Shown here one piece after another: positions 11,909 through 27,701 of a DNA stretch of 64,000 nt. The stretch covers positions 21,886,001 to 21,950,000 of the forward strand of contig OZ059895.1 of the NCBI GenBank assembly GCA_964057225.1, given 5' to 3'. Each line of letters starts with the position of its first letter. The first letter of the stretch is position 1. The DNA comes from Auanema rhodensis (taxonomy: Eukaryota; Animalia; Nematoda). Made by a program: the position numbers and the translations under genes. The notes below the pieces were generated by a model. The model searched no databases, was not told the DNA's origin, and worked only from the letters and a program-made list of their open reading frames with translations.

Positions 11909-14900
11909 TTAAGCGTTTCTCAATGTAGTATAGTGAATTCGATGCGGATTTTTAAGCTGCGTCGATCTGTGTTATCAGATTTGCGCTAGCTTAAAAATGC
12001 ACCGAGATATCAACTGATATAAGTTCACACTTATATCCTCGATTTTCACCCTGAAGAATTAATTTTTTCGTTGAATAACATTGTCCATCGTCTTTGCCTT
12101 GAAAAAAAAAATCTGAAAACATCTACTTTTTGCTAAATTATTTTGAAATTTTTCGAAAAAATTTTTGTCAAAATGTTTTTGGAAGCAATGTTGAGTGTAC
12201 ATGGAAACTCAACATACACTAATGCATCATTTTTCAAACGATCATAACTAATTTTTGTATTAAGCGTTTCTCAATGTAGTATAGTGCATTCGATGCGGAT
12301 TTTTAAGCTGCGTCGATCTGTGTTATCAGATTTGCGCTAGCTTAAAAATGCACCGAGATATCAACTGATATAAGTTCACACTTATATCCTCGATTTTCAC
12401 CCTGAAGAATTAATTTTTTCGTTGAATAACAATGTCCATCGTCTTTGCCTTGAAAAAAGGAATCTAAAAACATCTACTTTTTGCTAAATTATTCTGAAAT
12501 TTTTCGAAAAAATTTTTGTCAAAATGTTTTTGGAAGCAATGTTGAGTGTACATGGAAACTCAACATACACTAATGCATCATTTTTCAAACGATCATAACT
12601 AATTTTTGTATTAAGCGTTTCTCAATGTAGTATAGTGCATTCGATGCGGATTTTTAAGCTGCGTCGATCTGTGTTATCAGATTTGCGCTAGCTTAAAAAT
12701 GCACCGAGATATCAACTGATATAAGTTCACACTTATATCCTCGATTTTCACCCTGAAGAATTAATTTTTTCGTTGAATAACAATGTCCATCGTCTTTGCC
12801 TTGAAAAAAGGAATCTAAAAACATCTACTTTTTGCTAAATTATTCTGAAATTTTTCGAAAAAATTTTTGTCAAAATGTTTTTGGAAGCAATGTTGAGTGT
12901 ACATGGAAACTCAACATACACTAATGCATCATTTTTCAAACGATCATAACTAATTTTTGTATTAAGCGTTTCTCAATGTAGTATAGTGAATTCGATGCGG
13001 ATTTTTAAGCTGCGTCGATCTGTGTTATCAGATTTGCGCTAGCTTAAAAATGCACCGAGATATCAACTGATATAAGTTCACACTTATATCCTCGATTTTC
13101 ACCCTGAAGAATTAATTTTTTCGTTGAATAACAATGTCCATCGTCTTCGCCTTGAAAAAAAGAATCTAAAAACATCTACTTTTCGCTAAATTATTTTGAA
13201 ATTTTTCGAAAAAATTTTTGTCAAAATGTTTTTGGAAGCAATGTTGAGTGTACATGGAAACTCAACATACACTAATGCATCATTTTTCAAACGATCATAA
13301 CTAATTTTTGTATTAAGCGTTTCTCAATGTAGTATAGTGCATTCGATGCGGATTTTTAAGCTGCGTCGATCTGTGTTATCAGATTTGCGCTAGCTTAAAA
13401 ATGCACCGAGATATCAACTGATATAAGTTCACACTTATATCCTCGATTTTCACCCTGAAGAATTAATTTTTTCGTTGAATAACAATGTCCATCGTCTTTG
13501 CCTTGAAAAAAGGAATCTAAAAACATCTACTTTTTGCTAAATTATTCTGAAATTTTTCGAAAAAATTTTTGTCAAAATGTTTTTGGAAGCAATGTTGAGT
13601 GTACATGGAAACTCAACATACACTAATGCATCATTTTTCAAACGATCATAACTAATTTTTGTATTAAGCGTTTCTCAATGTAGTATAGTGCATTCGATGC
13701 GGATTTTTAAGCTGCGTCGATCTGTGTTATCAGATTTGCGCTAGCTTAAAAATGCACCGAGATATCAACTGATATAAGTTCACACTTATATCCTCGATTT
13801 TCACCCTGAAGAATTAATTTTTTCGTTGAATAACATTGTCCATCGTCTTTGCCTTGAAAAAAAAAATCTGAAAACATCTACTTTTTGCTAAATTATTTTG
13901 AAATTTTTCGAAAAAATTTTTGTCAAAATGTTTTTGGAAGCAATGTTGAGTGTACATGGAAACTCAACATACACTAATGCATCATTTTTCAAACGATCAT
14001 AACTAATTTTTGTATTAAGCGTTTCTCAATGTAGTATAGTGCATTCGATGCGGATTTTTAAGCTGCGTCGATCTGTGTTATCAGATTTGCGCTAGCTTAA
14101 AAATGCACCGAGATATCAACTGATATAAGTTCACACTTATATCCTCGATTTTCACCCTGAAGAATTAATTTTTTCGTTGAATAACAATGTCCATCGTCTT
14201 CGCCTTGAAAAAAAGAATCTAAAAACATCTACTTTTCGCTAAATTATTTTGAAATTTTTCGAAAAAATTTTTGTCAAAATGTTTTTGGAAGCAATGTTGA
14301 GTGTACATGGAAACTCAACATACACTAATGCATCATTTTTCAAACGATCATAACTAATTTTTGTATTAAGCGTTTCTCAATGTAGTATAGTGCATTCGAT
14401 GCGGATTTTTAAGCTGCGTCGATCTGTGTTATCAGATTTGCGCTAGCTTAAAAATGCACCGAGATATCAACTGATATAAGTTCACACTTATATCCTCGAT
14501 TTTCACCCTGAAGAATTAATTTTTTCGTTGAATAACAATGTCCATCGTCTTCGCCTTGAAAAAAAGAATCTAAAAACATCTACTTTTCGCTAAATTATTT
14601 TGAAATTTTTCGAAAAAATTTTTGTCAAAATGTTTTTGGAAGCAATGTTGAGTGTACATGGAAACTCAACATACACTAATGCATCATTTTTCAAACGATC
14701 ATAACTAATTTTTGTATTAAGCGTTTCTCAATGTAGTATAGTGAATTCGATGCGGATTTTCAAGCTGCGTCGATCTGTGTTATCAGATTTGCGCTAGCTT
14801 AAAAATGCACCGAGATATCAACTGATATAAGTTCACACTTATATCCTCGATTTTCACCCTGAAGAATTAATTTTTTCGTTGAATAACATTGTCCATCGTC

Positions 14901-17900
14901 TTTGCCTTGAAAAAAAAAATCTGAAAACATCTACTTTTTGCTAAATTATTTTGAAATTTTTCGAAAAAATTTTTGTCAAAATGTTTTTGGAAGCAATGTT
15001 GAGTGTACATGGAAACTCAACATACACTAATGCATCATTTTTCAAACGATCATAACTAATTTTTGTATTAAGCGTTTCTCAATGTAGTATAGTGCATTCG
15101 ATGCGGATTTTTAAGCTGCGTCGATCTGTGTTATCAGATTTGCGCTAGCTTAAAAATGCACCGAGATATCAACTGATATAAGTTCACACTTATATCCTCG
15201 ATTTTCACCCTGAAGAATTAATTTTTTCGTTGAATAACAATGTCCATCGTCTTCGCCTTGAAAAAAGGAATCTAAAAACATCTACTTTTCGCTAAATTAT
15301 TTTGAAATTTTTCGAAAAAATTTTTGTCAAAATGTTTTTGGAAGCAATGTTGAGTGTACATGGAAACTCAACATACACTAATGCATCATTTTTCAAACGA
15401 TCATAACTAATTTTTGTGTTAAGCGTTTCTCAATGTAGTATAGTGAATTCGATGCGGATTTTCAAGCTGCGTCGATCTGTGTTATCAGATTTGCGCTAGC
15501 TTAAAAATGCACCGAGATATCAACTGATATAAGTTCACACTTATATCCTCGATTTTCACCCTGAAGAATTAATTTTTTCGTTGAATAACATTGTCCATCG
15601 TCTTTGCCTTGAAAAAAAAAATCTGAAAACATCTACTTTTTGCTAAATTATTTTGAAATTTTTCGAAAAAATTTTTGTCAAAATGTTTTTGGAAGCAATG
15701 TTGAGTGTACATGGAAACTCAACATACACTAATGCATCATTTTTCAAACGATCATAACTAATTTTTGTATTAAGCGTTTCTCAATGTAGTATAGTGCATT
15801 CGATGCGGATTTTTAAGCTGCGTCGATCTGTGTTATCAGATTTGCGCTAGCTTAAAAATGCACCGAGATATCAACTGATATAAGTTCACACTTATATCCT
15901 CGATTTTCACCCTGAAGAATTAATTTTTTCGTTGAATAACAATGTCCATCGTCTTTGCCTTGAAAAAAGGAATCTAAAAACATCTACTTTTTGCTAAATT
16001 ATTCTGAAATTTTTCGAAAAAATTTTTGTCAAAATGTTTTTGGAAGCAATGTTGAGTGTACATGGAAACTCAACATACACTAATGCATCATTTTTCAAAC
16101 GATCATAACTAATTTTTGTATTAAGCGTTTCTCAATGTAGTATAGTGCATTCGATGCGGATTTTTAAGCTGCGTCGATCTGTGTTATCAGATTTGCGCTA
16201 GCTTAAAAATGCACCGAGATATCAACTGATATAAGTTCACACTTATATCCTCGATTTTCACCCTGAAGAATTAATTTTTTCGTTGAATAACAATGTCCAT
16301 CGTCTTCGCCTTGAAAAAAAGAATCTAAAAACATCTACTTTTCGCTAAATTATTTTGAAATTTTTCGAAAAAATTTTTGTCAAAATGTTTTTGGAAGCAA
16401 TGTTGAGTGTACATGGAAACTCAACATACACTAATGCATCATTTTTCAAACGATCATAACTAATTTTTGTATTAAGCGTTTCTCAATGTAGTATAGTGCA
16501 TTCGATGCGGATTTTTAAGCTGCGTCGATCTGTGTTATCAGATTTGCGCTAGCTTAAAAATGCACCGAGATATCAACTGATATAAGTTCACACTTATATC
16601 CTCGATTTTCACCCTGAAGAATTAATTTTTTCGTTGAATAACAATGTCCATCGTCTTTGCCTTGAAAAAAGGAATCTAAAAACATCTACTTTTTGCTAAA
16701 TTATTTTGAAATTTTTCGAAAAAATTTTTGTCAAAATGTTTTTGGAAGCAATGTTGAGTGTACATGGAAACTCAACATACACTAATGCATCATTTTTCAA
16801 ACGATCATAACTAATTTTTGTATTAAGCGTTTCTCAATGTAGTATAGTGCATTCGATGCGGATTTTTAAGCTGCGTCGATCTGTGTTATCAGATTTGCGC
16901 TAGCTTAAAAATGCACCGAGATATCAACTGATATAAGTTCACACTTATATCCTCGATTTTCACCCTGAAGAATTAATTTTTTCGTTGAATAACATTGTCC
17001 ATCGTCTTTGCCTTGAAAAAAAAAATCTGAAAACATCTACTTTTTGCTAAATTATTTTGAAATTTTTCGAAAAAATTTTTGTCAAAATGTTTTTGGAAGC
17101 AATGTTGAGTGTACATGGAAACTCAACATACACTAATGCATCATTTTTCAAACGATCATAACTAATTTTTGTATTAAGCGTTTCTCAATGTAGTATAGTG
17201 CATTCGATGCGGATTTTTAAGCTGCGTCGATCTGTGTTATCAGATTTGCGCTAGCTTAAAAATGCACCGAGATATCAACTGATATAAGTTCACACTTATA
17301 TCCTCGATTTTCACCCTGAAGAATTAATTTTTTCGTTGAATAACAATGTCCATCGTCTTCGCCTTGAAAAAAAGAATCTAAAAACATCTACTTTTCGCTA
17401 AATTATTTTGAAATTTTTCGAAAAAATTTTTGTCAAAATGTTTTTGGAAGCAATGTTGAGTGTACATGGAAACTCAACATACACTAATGCATCATTTTTC
17501 AAACGATCATAACTAATTTTTGTATTAAGCGTTTCTCAATGTAGTATAGTGCATTCGATGCGGATTTTTAAGCTGCGTCGATCTGTGTTATCAGATTTGC
17601 GCTAGCTTAAAAATGCACCGAGATATCAACTGATATAAGTTCACACTTATATCCTCGATTTTCACCCTGAAGAATTAATTTTTTCGTTGAATAACATTGT
17701 CCATCGTCTTTGCCTTGAAAAAAAAAATCTGAAAACATCTACTTTTTGCTAAATTATTTTGAAATTTTTCGAAAAAATTTTTGTCAAAATGTTTTTGGAA
17801 GCAATGTTGAGTGTACATGGAAACTCAACATACACTAATGCATCATTTTTCAAACGATCATAACTAATTTTTGTATTAAGCGTTTCTCAATGTAGTATAG

Positions 17901-20900
17901 TGCATTCGATGCGGATTTTTAAGCTGCGTCGATCTGTGTTATCAGATTTGCGCTAGCTTAAAAATGCACCGAGATATCAACTGATATAAGTTCACACTTA
18001 TATCCTCGATTTTCACCCTGAAGAATTAATTTTTTCGTTGAATAACATTGTCCATCGTCTTTGCCTTGAAAAAAAAATCTGAAAACATCTACTTTTTGCT
18101 AAATTATTTTGAAATTTTTCGAAAAAATTTTTGTCAAAATGTTTTTGGAAGCAATGTTGAGTGTACATGGAAACTCAACATACACTAATGCATCATTTTT
18201 CAAACGATCATAACTAATTTTTGTATTAAGCGTTTCTCAATGTAGTATAGTGCATTCGATGCGGATTTTTAAGCTGCGTCGATCTGTGTTATCAGATTTG
18301 CGCTAGCTTAAAAATGCACCGAGATATCAACTGATATAAGTTCACACTTATATCCTCGATTTTCACCCTGAAGAATTAATTTTTTCGTTGAATAACAATG
18401 TCCATCGTCTTCGCCTTGAAAAAAGGAATCTAAAAACATCTACTTTTCGCTAAATTATTTTGAAATTTTTCGAAAAAATTTTTGTCAAAATGTTTTTGGA
18501 AGCAATGTTGAGTGTACATGGAAACTCAACATACACTAATGCATCATTTTTCAAACGATCATAACTAATTTTTGTATTAAGCGTTTCTCAATGTAGTATA
18601 GTGCATTCGATGCGGATTTTTAAGCTGCGTCGATCTGTGTTATCAGATTTGCGCTAGCTTAAAAATGCACCGAGATATCAACTGATATAAGTTCACACTT
18701 ATATCCTCGATTTTCACCCTGAAGAATTAATTTTTTCGTTGAATAACAATGTCCATCGTCTTTGCCTTGAAAAAAGGAATCTAAAAACATCTACTTTTTG
18801 CTAAATTATTCTGAAATTTTTCGAAAAAATTTTTGTCAAAATGTTTTTGGAAGCAATGTTGAGTGTACATGGAAACTCAACATACACTAATGCATCATTT
18901 TTCAAACGATCATAACTAATTTTTGTATTAAGCGTTTCTCAATGTAGTATAGTGCATTCGATGCGGATTTTTAAGCTGCGTCGATCTGTGTTATCAGATT
19001 TGCGCTAGCTTAAAAATGCACCGAGATATCAACTGATATAAGTTCACACTTATATCCTCGATTTTCACCCTGAAGAATTAATTTTTTCGTTGAATAACAT
19101 TGTCCATCGTCTTTGCCTTGAAAAAAAAAATCTGAAAACATCTACTTTTTGCTAAATTATTTTGAAATTTTTCGAAAAAATTTTTGTCAAAATGTTTTTG
19201 GAAGCAATGTTGAGTGTACATGGAAACTCAACATACACTAATGCATCATTTTTCAAACGATCATAACTAATTTTTGTATTAAGCGTTTCTCAATGTAGTA
19301 TAGTGAATTCGATGCGGATTTTTAAGCTGCGTCGATCTGTGTTATCAGATTTGCGCTAGCTTAAAAATGCACCGAGATATCAACTGATATAAGTTCACAC
19401 TTATATCCTCGATTTTCACCCTGAAGAATTAATTTTTTCGTTGAATAACATTGTCCATCGTCTTTGCCTTGAAAAAAAAAATCTGAAAACATCTACTTTT
19501 TGCTAAATTATTTTGAAATTTTTCGAAAAAATTTTTGTCAAAATGTTTTTGGAAGCAATGTTGAGTGTACATGGAAACTCAACATACACTAATGCATCAT
19601 TTTTCAAACGATCATAACTAATTTTTGTATTAAGCGTTTCTCAATGTAGTATAGTGCATTCGATGCGGATTTTTAAGCTGCGTCGATCTGTGTTATCAGA
19701 TTTGCGCTAGCTTAAAAATGCACCGAGATATCAACTGATATAAGTTCACACTTATATCCTCGATTTTCACCCTGAAGAATTAATTTTTTCGTTGAATAAC
19801 AATGTCCATCGTCTTTGCCTTGAAAAAAGGAATCTAAAAACATCTACTTTTTGCTAAATTATTCTGAAATTTTTCGAAAAAATTTTTGTCAAAATGTTTT
19901 TGGAAGCAATGTTGAGTGTACATGGAAACTCAACATACACTAATGCATCATTTTTCAAACGATCATAACTAATTTTTGTATTAAGCGTTTCTCAATGTAG
20001 TATAGTGCATTCGATGCGGATTTTTAAGCTGCGTCGATCTGTGTTATCAGATTTGCGCTAGCTTAAAAATGCACCGAGATATCAACTGATATAAGTTCAC
20101 ACTTATATCCTCGATTTTCACCCTGAAGAATTAATTTTTTCGTTGAATAACATTGTCCATCGTCTTTGCCTTGAAAAAAAAAATCTGAAAACATCTACTT
20201 TTTGCTAAATTATTTTGAAATTTTTCGAAAAAATTTTTGTCAAAATGTTTTTGGAAGCAATGTTGAGTGTACATGGAAACTCAACATACACTAATGCATC
20301 ATTTTTCAAACGATCATAACTAATTTTTGTATTAAGCGTTTCTCAATGTAGTATAGTGAATTCGATGCGGATTTTTAAGCTGCGTCGATCTGTGTTATCA
20401 GATTTGCGCTAGCTTAAAAATGCACCGAGATATCAACTGATATAAGTTCACACTTATATCCTCGATTTTCACCCTGAAGAATTAATTTTTTCGTTGAATA
20501 ACATTGTCCATCGTCTTTGCCTTGAAAAAAAAAATCTGAAAACATCTACTTTTTGCTAAATTATTTTGAAATTTTTCGAAAAAATTTTTGTCAAAATGTT
20601 TTTGGAAGCAATGTTGAGTGTACATGGAAACTCAACATACACTAATGCATCATTTTTCAAACGATCATAACTAATTTTTGTATTAAGCGTTTCTCAATGT
20701 AGTATAGTGCATTCGATGCGGATTTTTAAGCTGCGTCGATCTGTGTTATCAGATTTGCGCTAGCTTAAAAATGCACCGAGATATCAACTGATATAAGTTC
20801 ACACTTATATCCTCGATTTTCACCCTGAAGAATTAATTTTTTCGTTGAATAACAATGTCCATCGTCTTTGCCTTGAAAAAAGGAATCTAAAAACATCTAC

Positions 20901-23900
20901 TTTTTGCTAAATTATTCTGAAATTTTTCGAAAAAATTTTTGTCAAAATGTTTTTGGAAGCAATGTTGAGTGTACATGGAAACTCAACATACACTAATGCA
21001 TCATTTTTCAAACGATCATAACTAATTTTTGTATTAAGCGTTTCTCAATGTAGTATAGTGCATTCGATGCGGATTTTTAAGCTGCGTCGATCTGTGTTAT
21101 CAGATTTGCGCTAGCTTAAAAATGCACCGAGATATCAACTGATATAAGTTCACACTTATATCCTCGATTTTCACCCTGAAGAATTAATTTTTTCGTTGAA
21201 TAACATTGTCCATCGTCTTTGCCTTGAAAAAAAAAATCTGAAAACATCTACTTTTTGCTAAATTATTTTGAAATTTTTCGAAAAAATTTTTGTCAAAATG
21301 TTTTTGGAAGCAATGTTGAGTGTACATGGAAACTCAACATACACTAATGCATCATTTTTCAAACGATCATAACTAATTTTTGTATTAAGCGTTTCTCAAT
21401 GTAGTATAGTGCATTCGATGCGGATTTTTAAGCTGCGTCGATCTGTGTTATCAGATTTGCGCTAGCTTAAAAATGCACCGAGATATCAACTGATATAAGT
21501 TCACACTTATATCCTCGATTTTCACCCTGAAGAATTAATTTTTTCGTTGAATAACATTGTCCATCGTCTTTGCCTTGAAAAAAAAAATCTGAAAACATCT
21601 ACTTTTTGCTAAATTATTTTGAAATTTTTCGAAAAAATTTTTGTCAAAATGTTTTTGGAAGCAATGTTGAGTGTACATGGAAACTCAACATACACTAATG
21701 CATCATTTTTCAAACGATCATAACTAATTTTTGTATTAAGCGTTTCTCAATGTAGTATAGTGCATTCGATGCGGATTTTTAAGCTGCGTCGATCTGTGTT
21801 ATCAGATTTGCGCTAGCTTAAAAATGCACCGAGATATCAACTGATATAAGTTCACACTTATATCCTCGATTTTCACCCTGAAGAATTAATTTTTTCGTTG
21901 AATAACATTGTCCATCGTCTTTGCCTTGAAAAAAAAAATCTGAAAACATCTACTTTTTGCTAAATTATTTTGAAATTTTTCGAAAAAATTTTTGTCAAAA
22001 TGTTTTTGGAAGCAATGTTGAGTGTACATGGAAACTCAACATACACTAATGCATCATTTTTCAAACGATCATAACTAATTTTTGTATTAAGCGTTTCTCA
22101 ATGTAGTATAGTGCATTCGATGCGGATTTTTAAGCTGCGTCGATCTGTGTTATCAGATTTGCGCTAGCTTAAAAATGCACCGAGATATCAACTGATATAA
22201 GTTCACACTTATATCCTCGATTTTCACCCTGAAGAATTAATTTTTTCGTTGAATAACATTGTCCATCGTCTTTGCCTTGAAAAAAAAAATCTGAAAACAT
22301 CTACTTTTTGCTAAATTATTTTGAAATTTTTCGAAAAAATTTTTGTCAAAATGTTTTTGGAAGCAATGTTGAGTGTACATGGAAACTCAACATACACTAA
22401 TGCATCATTTTTCAAACGATCATAACTAATTTTTGTATTAAGCGTTTCTCAATGTAGTATAGTGCATTCGATGCGGATTTTTAAGCTGCGTCGATCTGTG
22501 TTATCAGATTTGCGCTAGCTTAAAAATGCACCGAGATATCAACTGATATAAGTTCACACTTATATCCTCGATTTTCACCCTGAAGAATTAATTTTTTCGT
22601 TGAATAACAATGTCCATCGTCTTCGCCTTGAAAAAAAGAATCTAAAAACATCTACTTTTCGCTAAATTATTTTGAAATTTTTCGAAAAAATTTTTGTCAA
22701 AATGTTTTTGGAAGCAATGTTGAGTGTACATGGAAACTCAACATACACTAATGCATCATTTTTCAAACGATCATAACTAATTTTTGTATTAAGCGTTTCT
22801 CAATGTAGTATAGTGCATTCGATGCGGATTTTTAAGCTGCGTCGATCTGTGTTATCAGATTTGCGCTAGCTTAAAAATGCACCGAGATATCAACTGATAT
22901 AAGTTCACACTTATATCCTCGATTTTCACCCTGAAGAATTAATTTTTTCGTTGAATAACAATGTCCATCGTCTTTGCCTTGAAAAAAGGAATCTAAAAAC
23001 ATCTACTTTTTGCTAAATTATTTTGAAATTTTTCGAAAAAATTTTTGTCAAAATGTTTTTGGAAGCAATGTTGAGTGTACATGGTAACTCAACATACACT
23101 AATGCATCATTTTTCAAACGATCATAACTAATTTTTGTATTAAGCGTTTCTCAATGTAGTATAGTGCATTCGATGCGGATTTTTAAGCTGCGTCGATCTG
23201 TGTTATCAGATTTGCGCTAGCTTAAAAATGCACCGAGATATCAACTGATATAAGTTCACACTTATATCCTCGATTTTCACCCTGAAGAATTAATTTTTTC
23301 GTTGAATAACATTGTCCATCGTCTTTGCCTTGAAAAAAAAATCTGAAAACATCTACTTTTTGCTAAATTATTTTGAAATTTTTCGAAAAAATTTTTGTCA
23401 AAATGTTTTTGGAAGCAATGTTGAGTGTACATGGAAACTCAACATACACTAATGCATCATTTTTCAAACGATCATAACTAATTTTTGTATTAAGCGTTTC
23501 TCAATGTAGTATAGTGCATTCGATGCGGATTTTTAAGCTGCGTCGATCTGTGTTATCAGATTTGCGCTAGCTTAAAAATGCACCGAGATATCAACTGATA
23601 TAAGTTCACACTTATATCCTCGATTTTCACCCTGAAGAATTAATTTTTTCGTTGAATAACAATGTCCATCGTCTTCGCCTTGAAAAAAGGAATCTAAAAA
23701 CATCTACTTTTCGCTAAATTATTTTGAAATTTTTCGAAAAAATTTTTGTCAAAATGTTTTTGGAAGCAATGTTGAGTGTACATGGAAACTCAACATACAC
23801 TAATGCATCATTTTTCAAACGATCATAACTAATTTTTGTATTAAGCGTTTCTCAATGTAGTATAGTGCATTCGATGCGGATTTTTAAGCTGCGTCGATCT

Positions 23901-26900
23901 GTGTTATCAGATTTGCGCTAGCTTAAAAATGCACCGAGATATCAACTGATATAAGTTCACACTTATATCCTCGATTTTCACCCTGAAGAATTAATTTTTT
24001 CGTTGAATAACAATGTCCATCGTCTTTGCCTTGAAAAAAGGAATCTAAAAACATCTACTTTTTGCTAAATTATTCTGAAATTTTTCGAAAAAATTTTTGT
24101 CAAAATGTTTTTGGAAGCAATGTTGAGTGTACATGGTAACTCAACATACACTAATGCATCATTTTTCAAACGATCATAACTAATTTTTGTATTAAGCGTT
24201 TCTCAATGTAGTATAGTGCATTCGATGCGGATTTTTAAGCTGCGTCGATCTGTGTTATCAGATTTGCGCTAGCTTAAAAATGCACCGAGATATCAACTGA
24301 TATAAGTTCACACTTATATCCTCGATTTTCACCCTGAAGAATTAATTTTTTCGTTGAATAACATTGTCCATCGTCTTTGCCTTGAAAAAAAAAATCTGAA
24401 AACATCTACTTTTTGCTAAATTATTTTGAAATTTTTCGAAAAAATTTTTGTCAAAATGTTTTTGGAAGCAATGTTGAGTGTACATGGAAACTCAACATAC
24501 ACTAATGCATCATTTTTCAAACGATCATAACTAATTTTTGTATTAAGCGTTTCTCAATGTAGTATAGTGCATTCGATGCGGATTTTTAAGCTGCGTCGAT
24601 CTGTGTTATCAGATTTGCGCTAGCTTAAAAATGCACCGAGATATCAACTGATATAAGTTCACACTTATATCCTCGATTTTCACCCTGAAGAATTAATTTT
24701 TTCGTTGAATAACAATGTCCATCGTCTTCGCCTTGAAAAAAGGAATCTAAAAACATCTACTTTTCGCTAAATTATTTTGAAATTTTTCGAAAAAATTTTT
24801 GTCAAAATGTTTTTGGAAGCAATGTTGAGTGTACATGGAAACTCAACATACACTAATGCATCATTTTTCAAACGATCATAACTAATTTTTGTATTATGCG
24901 TTTCTCAATGTAGTATAGTGCATTCGATGCGGATTTTTAAGCTGCGTCGATCTGTGTTATCAGATTTGCGCTAGCTTAAAAATGCACCGAGATATCAACT
25001 GATATAAGTTCACACTTATATCCTCGATTTTCACCCTGAAGAATTAATTTTTTCGTTGAATAACAATGTCCATCGTCTTTGCCTTGAAAAAAGGAATCTA
25101 AAAACATCTACTTTTTGCTAAATTATTCTGAAATTTTTCGAAAAAATTTTTGTCAAAATGTTTTTGGAAGCAATGTTGAGTGTACATGGTAACTCAACAT
25201 ACACTAATGCATCATTTTTCAAACGATCATAACTAATTTTTGTATTAAGCGTTTCTCAATGTAGTATAGTGCATTCGATGCGGATTTTTAAGCTGCGTCG
25301 ATCTGTGTTATCAGATTTGCGCTAGCTTAAAAATGCACCGAGATATCAACTGATATAAGTTCACACTTATATCCTCGATTTTCACCCTGAAGAATTAATT
25401 TTTTCGTTGAATAACATTGTCCATCGTCTTTGCCTTGAAAAAAAAAATCTGAAAACATCTACTTTTTGCTAAATTATTTTGAAATTTTTCGAAAAAATTT
25501 TTGTCAAAATGTTTTTGGAAGCAATGTTGAGTGTACATGGAAACTCAACATACACTAATGCATCATTTTTCAAACGATCATAACTAATTTTTGTATTAAG
25601 CGTTTCTCAATGTAGTATAGTGCATTCGATGCGGATTTTTAAGCTGCGTCGATCTGTGTTATCAGATTTGCGCTAGCTTAAAAATGCACCGAGATATCAA
25701 CTGATATAAGTTCACACTTATATCCTCGATTTTCACCCTGAAGAATTAATTTTTTCGTTGAATAACAATGTCCATCGTCTTCGCCTTGAAAAAAGGAATC
25801 TAAAAACATCTACTTTTCGCTAAATTATTTTGAAATTTTTCGAAAAAATTTTTGTCAAAATGTTTTTGGAAGCAATGTTGAGTGTACATGGAAACTCAAC
25901 ATACACTAATGCATCATTTTTCAAACGATCATAACTAATTTTTGTATTAAGCGTTTCTCAATGTAGTATAGTGCATTCGATGCGGATTTTTAAGCTGCGT
26001 CGATCTGTGTTATCAGATTTGCGCTAGCTTAAAAATGCACCGAGATATCAACTGATATAAGTTCACACTTATATCCTCGATTTTCACCCTGAAGAATTAA
26101 TTTTTTCGTTGAATAACAATGTCCATCGTCTTCGCCTTGAAAAAAGGAATCTAAAAACATCTACTTTTCGCTAAATTATTTTGAAATTTTTCGAAAAAAT
26201 TTTTGTCAAAATGTTTTTGGAAGCAATGTTGAGTGTACATGGAAACTCAACATACACTAATGCATCATTTTTCAAACGATCATAACTAATTTTTGTATTA
26301 AGCGTTTCTCAATGTAGTATAGTGAATTCGATGCGGATTTTTAAGCTGCGTCGATCTGTGTTATCAGATTTGCGCTAGCTTAAAAATGCACCGAGATATC
26401 AACTGATATAAGTTCACACTTATATCCTCGATTTTCACCCTGAAGAATTAATTTTTTCGTTGAATAACATTGTCCATCGTCTTTGCCTTGAAAAAAAAAA
26501 TCTGAAAACATCTACTTTTTGCTAAATTATTTTGAAATTTTTCGAAAAAATTTTTGTCAAAATGTTTTTGGAAGCAATGTTGAGTGTACATGGAAACTCA
26601 ACATACACTAATGCATCATTTTTCAAACGATCATAACTAATTTTTTTATTAAGCGTTTCTCAATGTAGTATAGTGCATTCGATGCGGATTTTTAAGCTGC
26701 GTCGATCTGTGTTATCAGATTTGCGCTAGCTTAAAAATGCACCGAGATATCAACTGATATAAGTTCACACTTATATCCTCGATTTTCACCCTGAAGAATT
26801 AATTTTTTCGTTGAATAACAATGTCCATCGTCTTCGCCTTGAAAAAAGGAATCTAAAAACATCTACTTTTCGCTAAATTATTTTGAAATTTTTCGAAAAA

Positions 26901-27701
26901 ATTTTTGTCAAAATGTTTTTGGAAGCAATGTTGAGTGTACATGGAAACTCAACATACACTAATGCATCATTTTTCAAACGATCATAACTAATTTTTGTAT
27001 TAAGCGTTTCTCAATGTAGTATAGTGAATTCGATGCGGATTTTTAAGCTGCGTCGATCTGTGTTATCAGATTTGCGCTAGCTTAAAAATGCACCGAGATA
27101 TCAACTGATATAAGTTCACACTTATATCCTCGATTTTCACCCTGAAGAATTAATTTTTTCGTTGAATAACATTGTCCATCGTCTTTGCCTTGAAAAAAAA
27201 AATCTGAAAACATCTACTTTTTGCTAAATTATTTTGAAATTTTTCGAAAAAATTTTTGTCAAAATGTTTTTGGAAGCAATGTTGAGTGTACATGGAAACT
27301 CAACATACACTAATGCATCATTTTTCAAACGATCATAACTAATTTTTGTATTAAGCGTTTCTCAATGTAGTATAGTGCATTCGATGCGGATTTTTAAGCT
27401 GCGTCGATCTGTGTTATCAGATTTGCGCTAGCTTAAAAATGCACCGAGATATCAACTGATATAAGTTCACACTTATATCCTCGATTTTCACCCTGAAGAA
27501 TTAATTTTTTCGTTGAATAACAATGTCCATCGTCTTCGCCTTGAAAAAAGGAATCTAAAAACATCTACGTTTCGCTAAATTATTTTGAAATTTTTCGAAA
27601 AAATTTTTGTCAAAATGTTTTTGGAAGCAATGTTGAGTGTACATGGAAACTCAACATACACTAATGCATCATTTTTCAAACGATCATAACTAATTTTTGT
27701 A

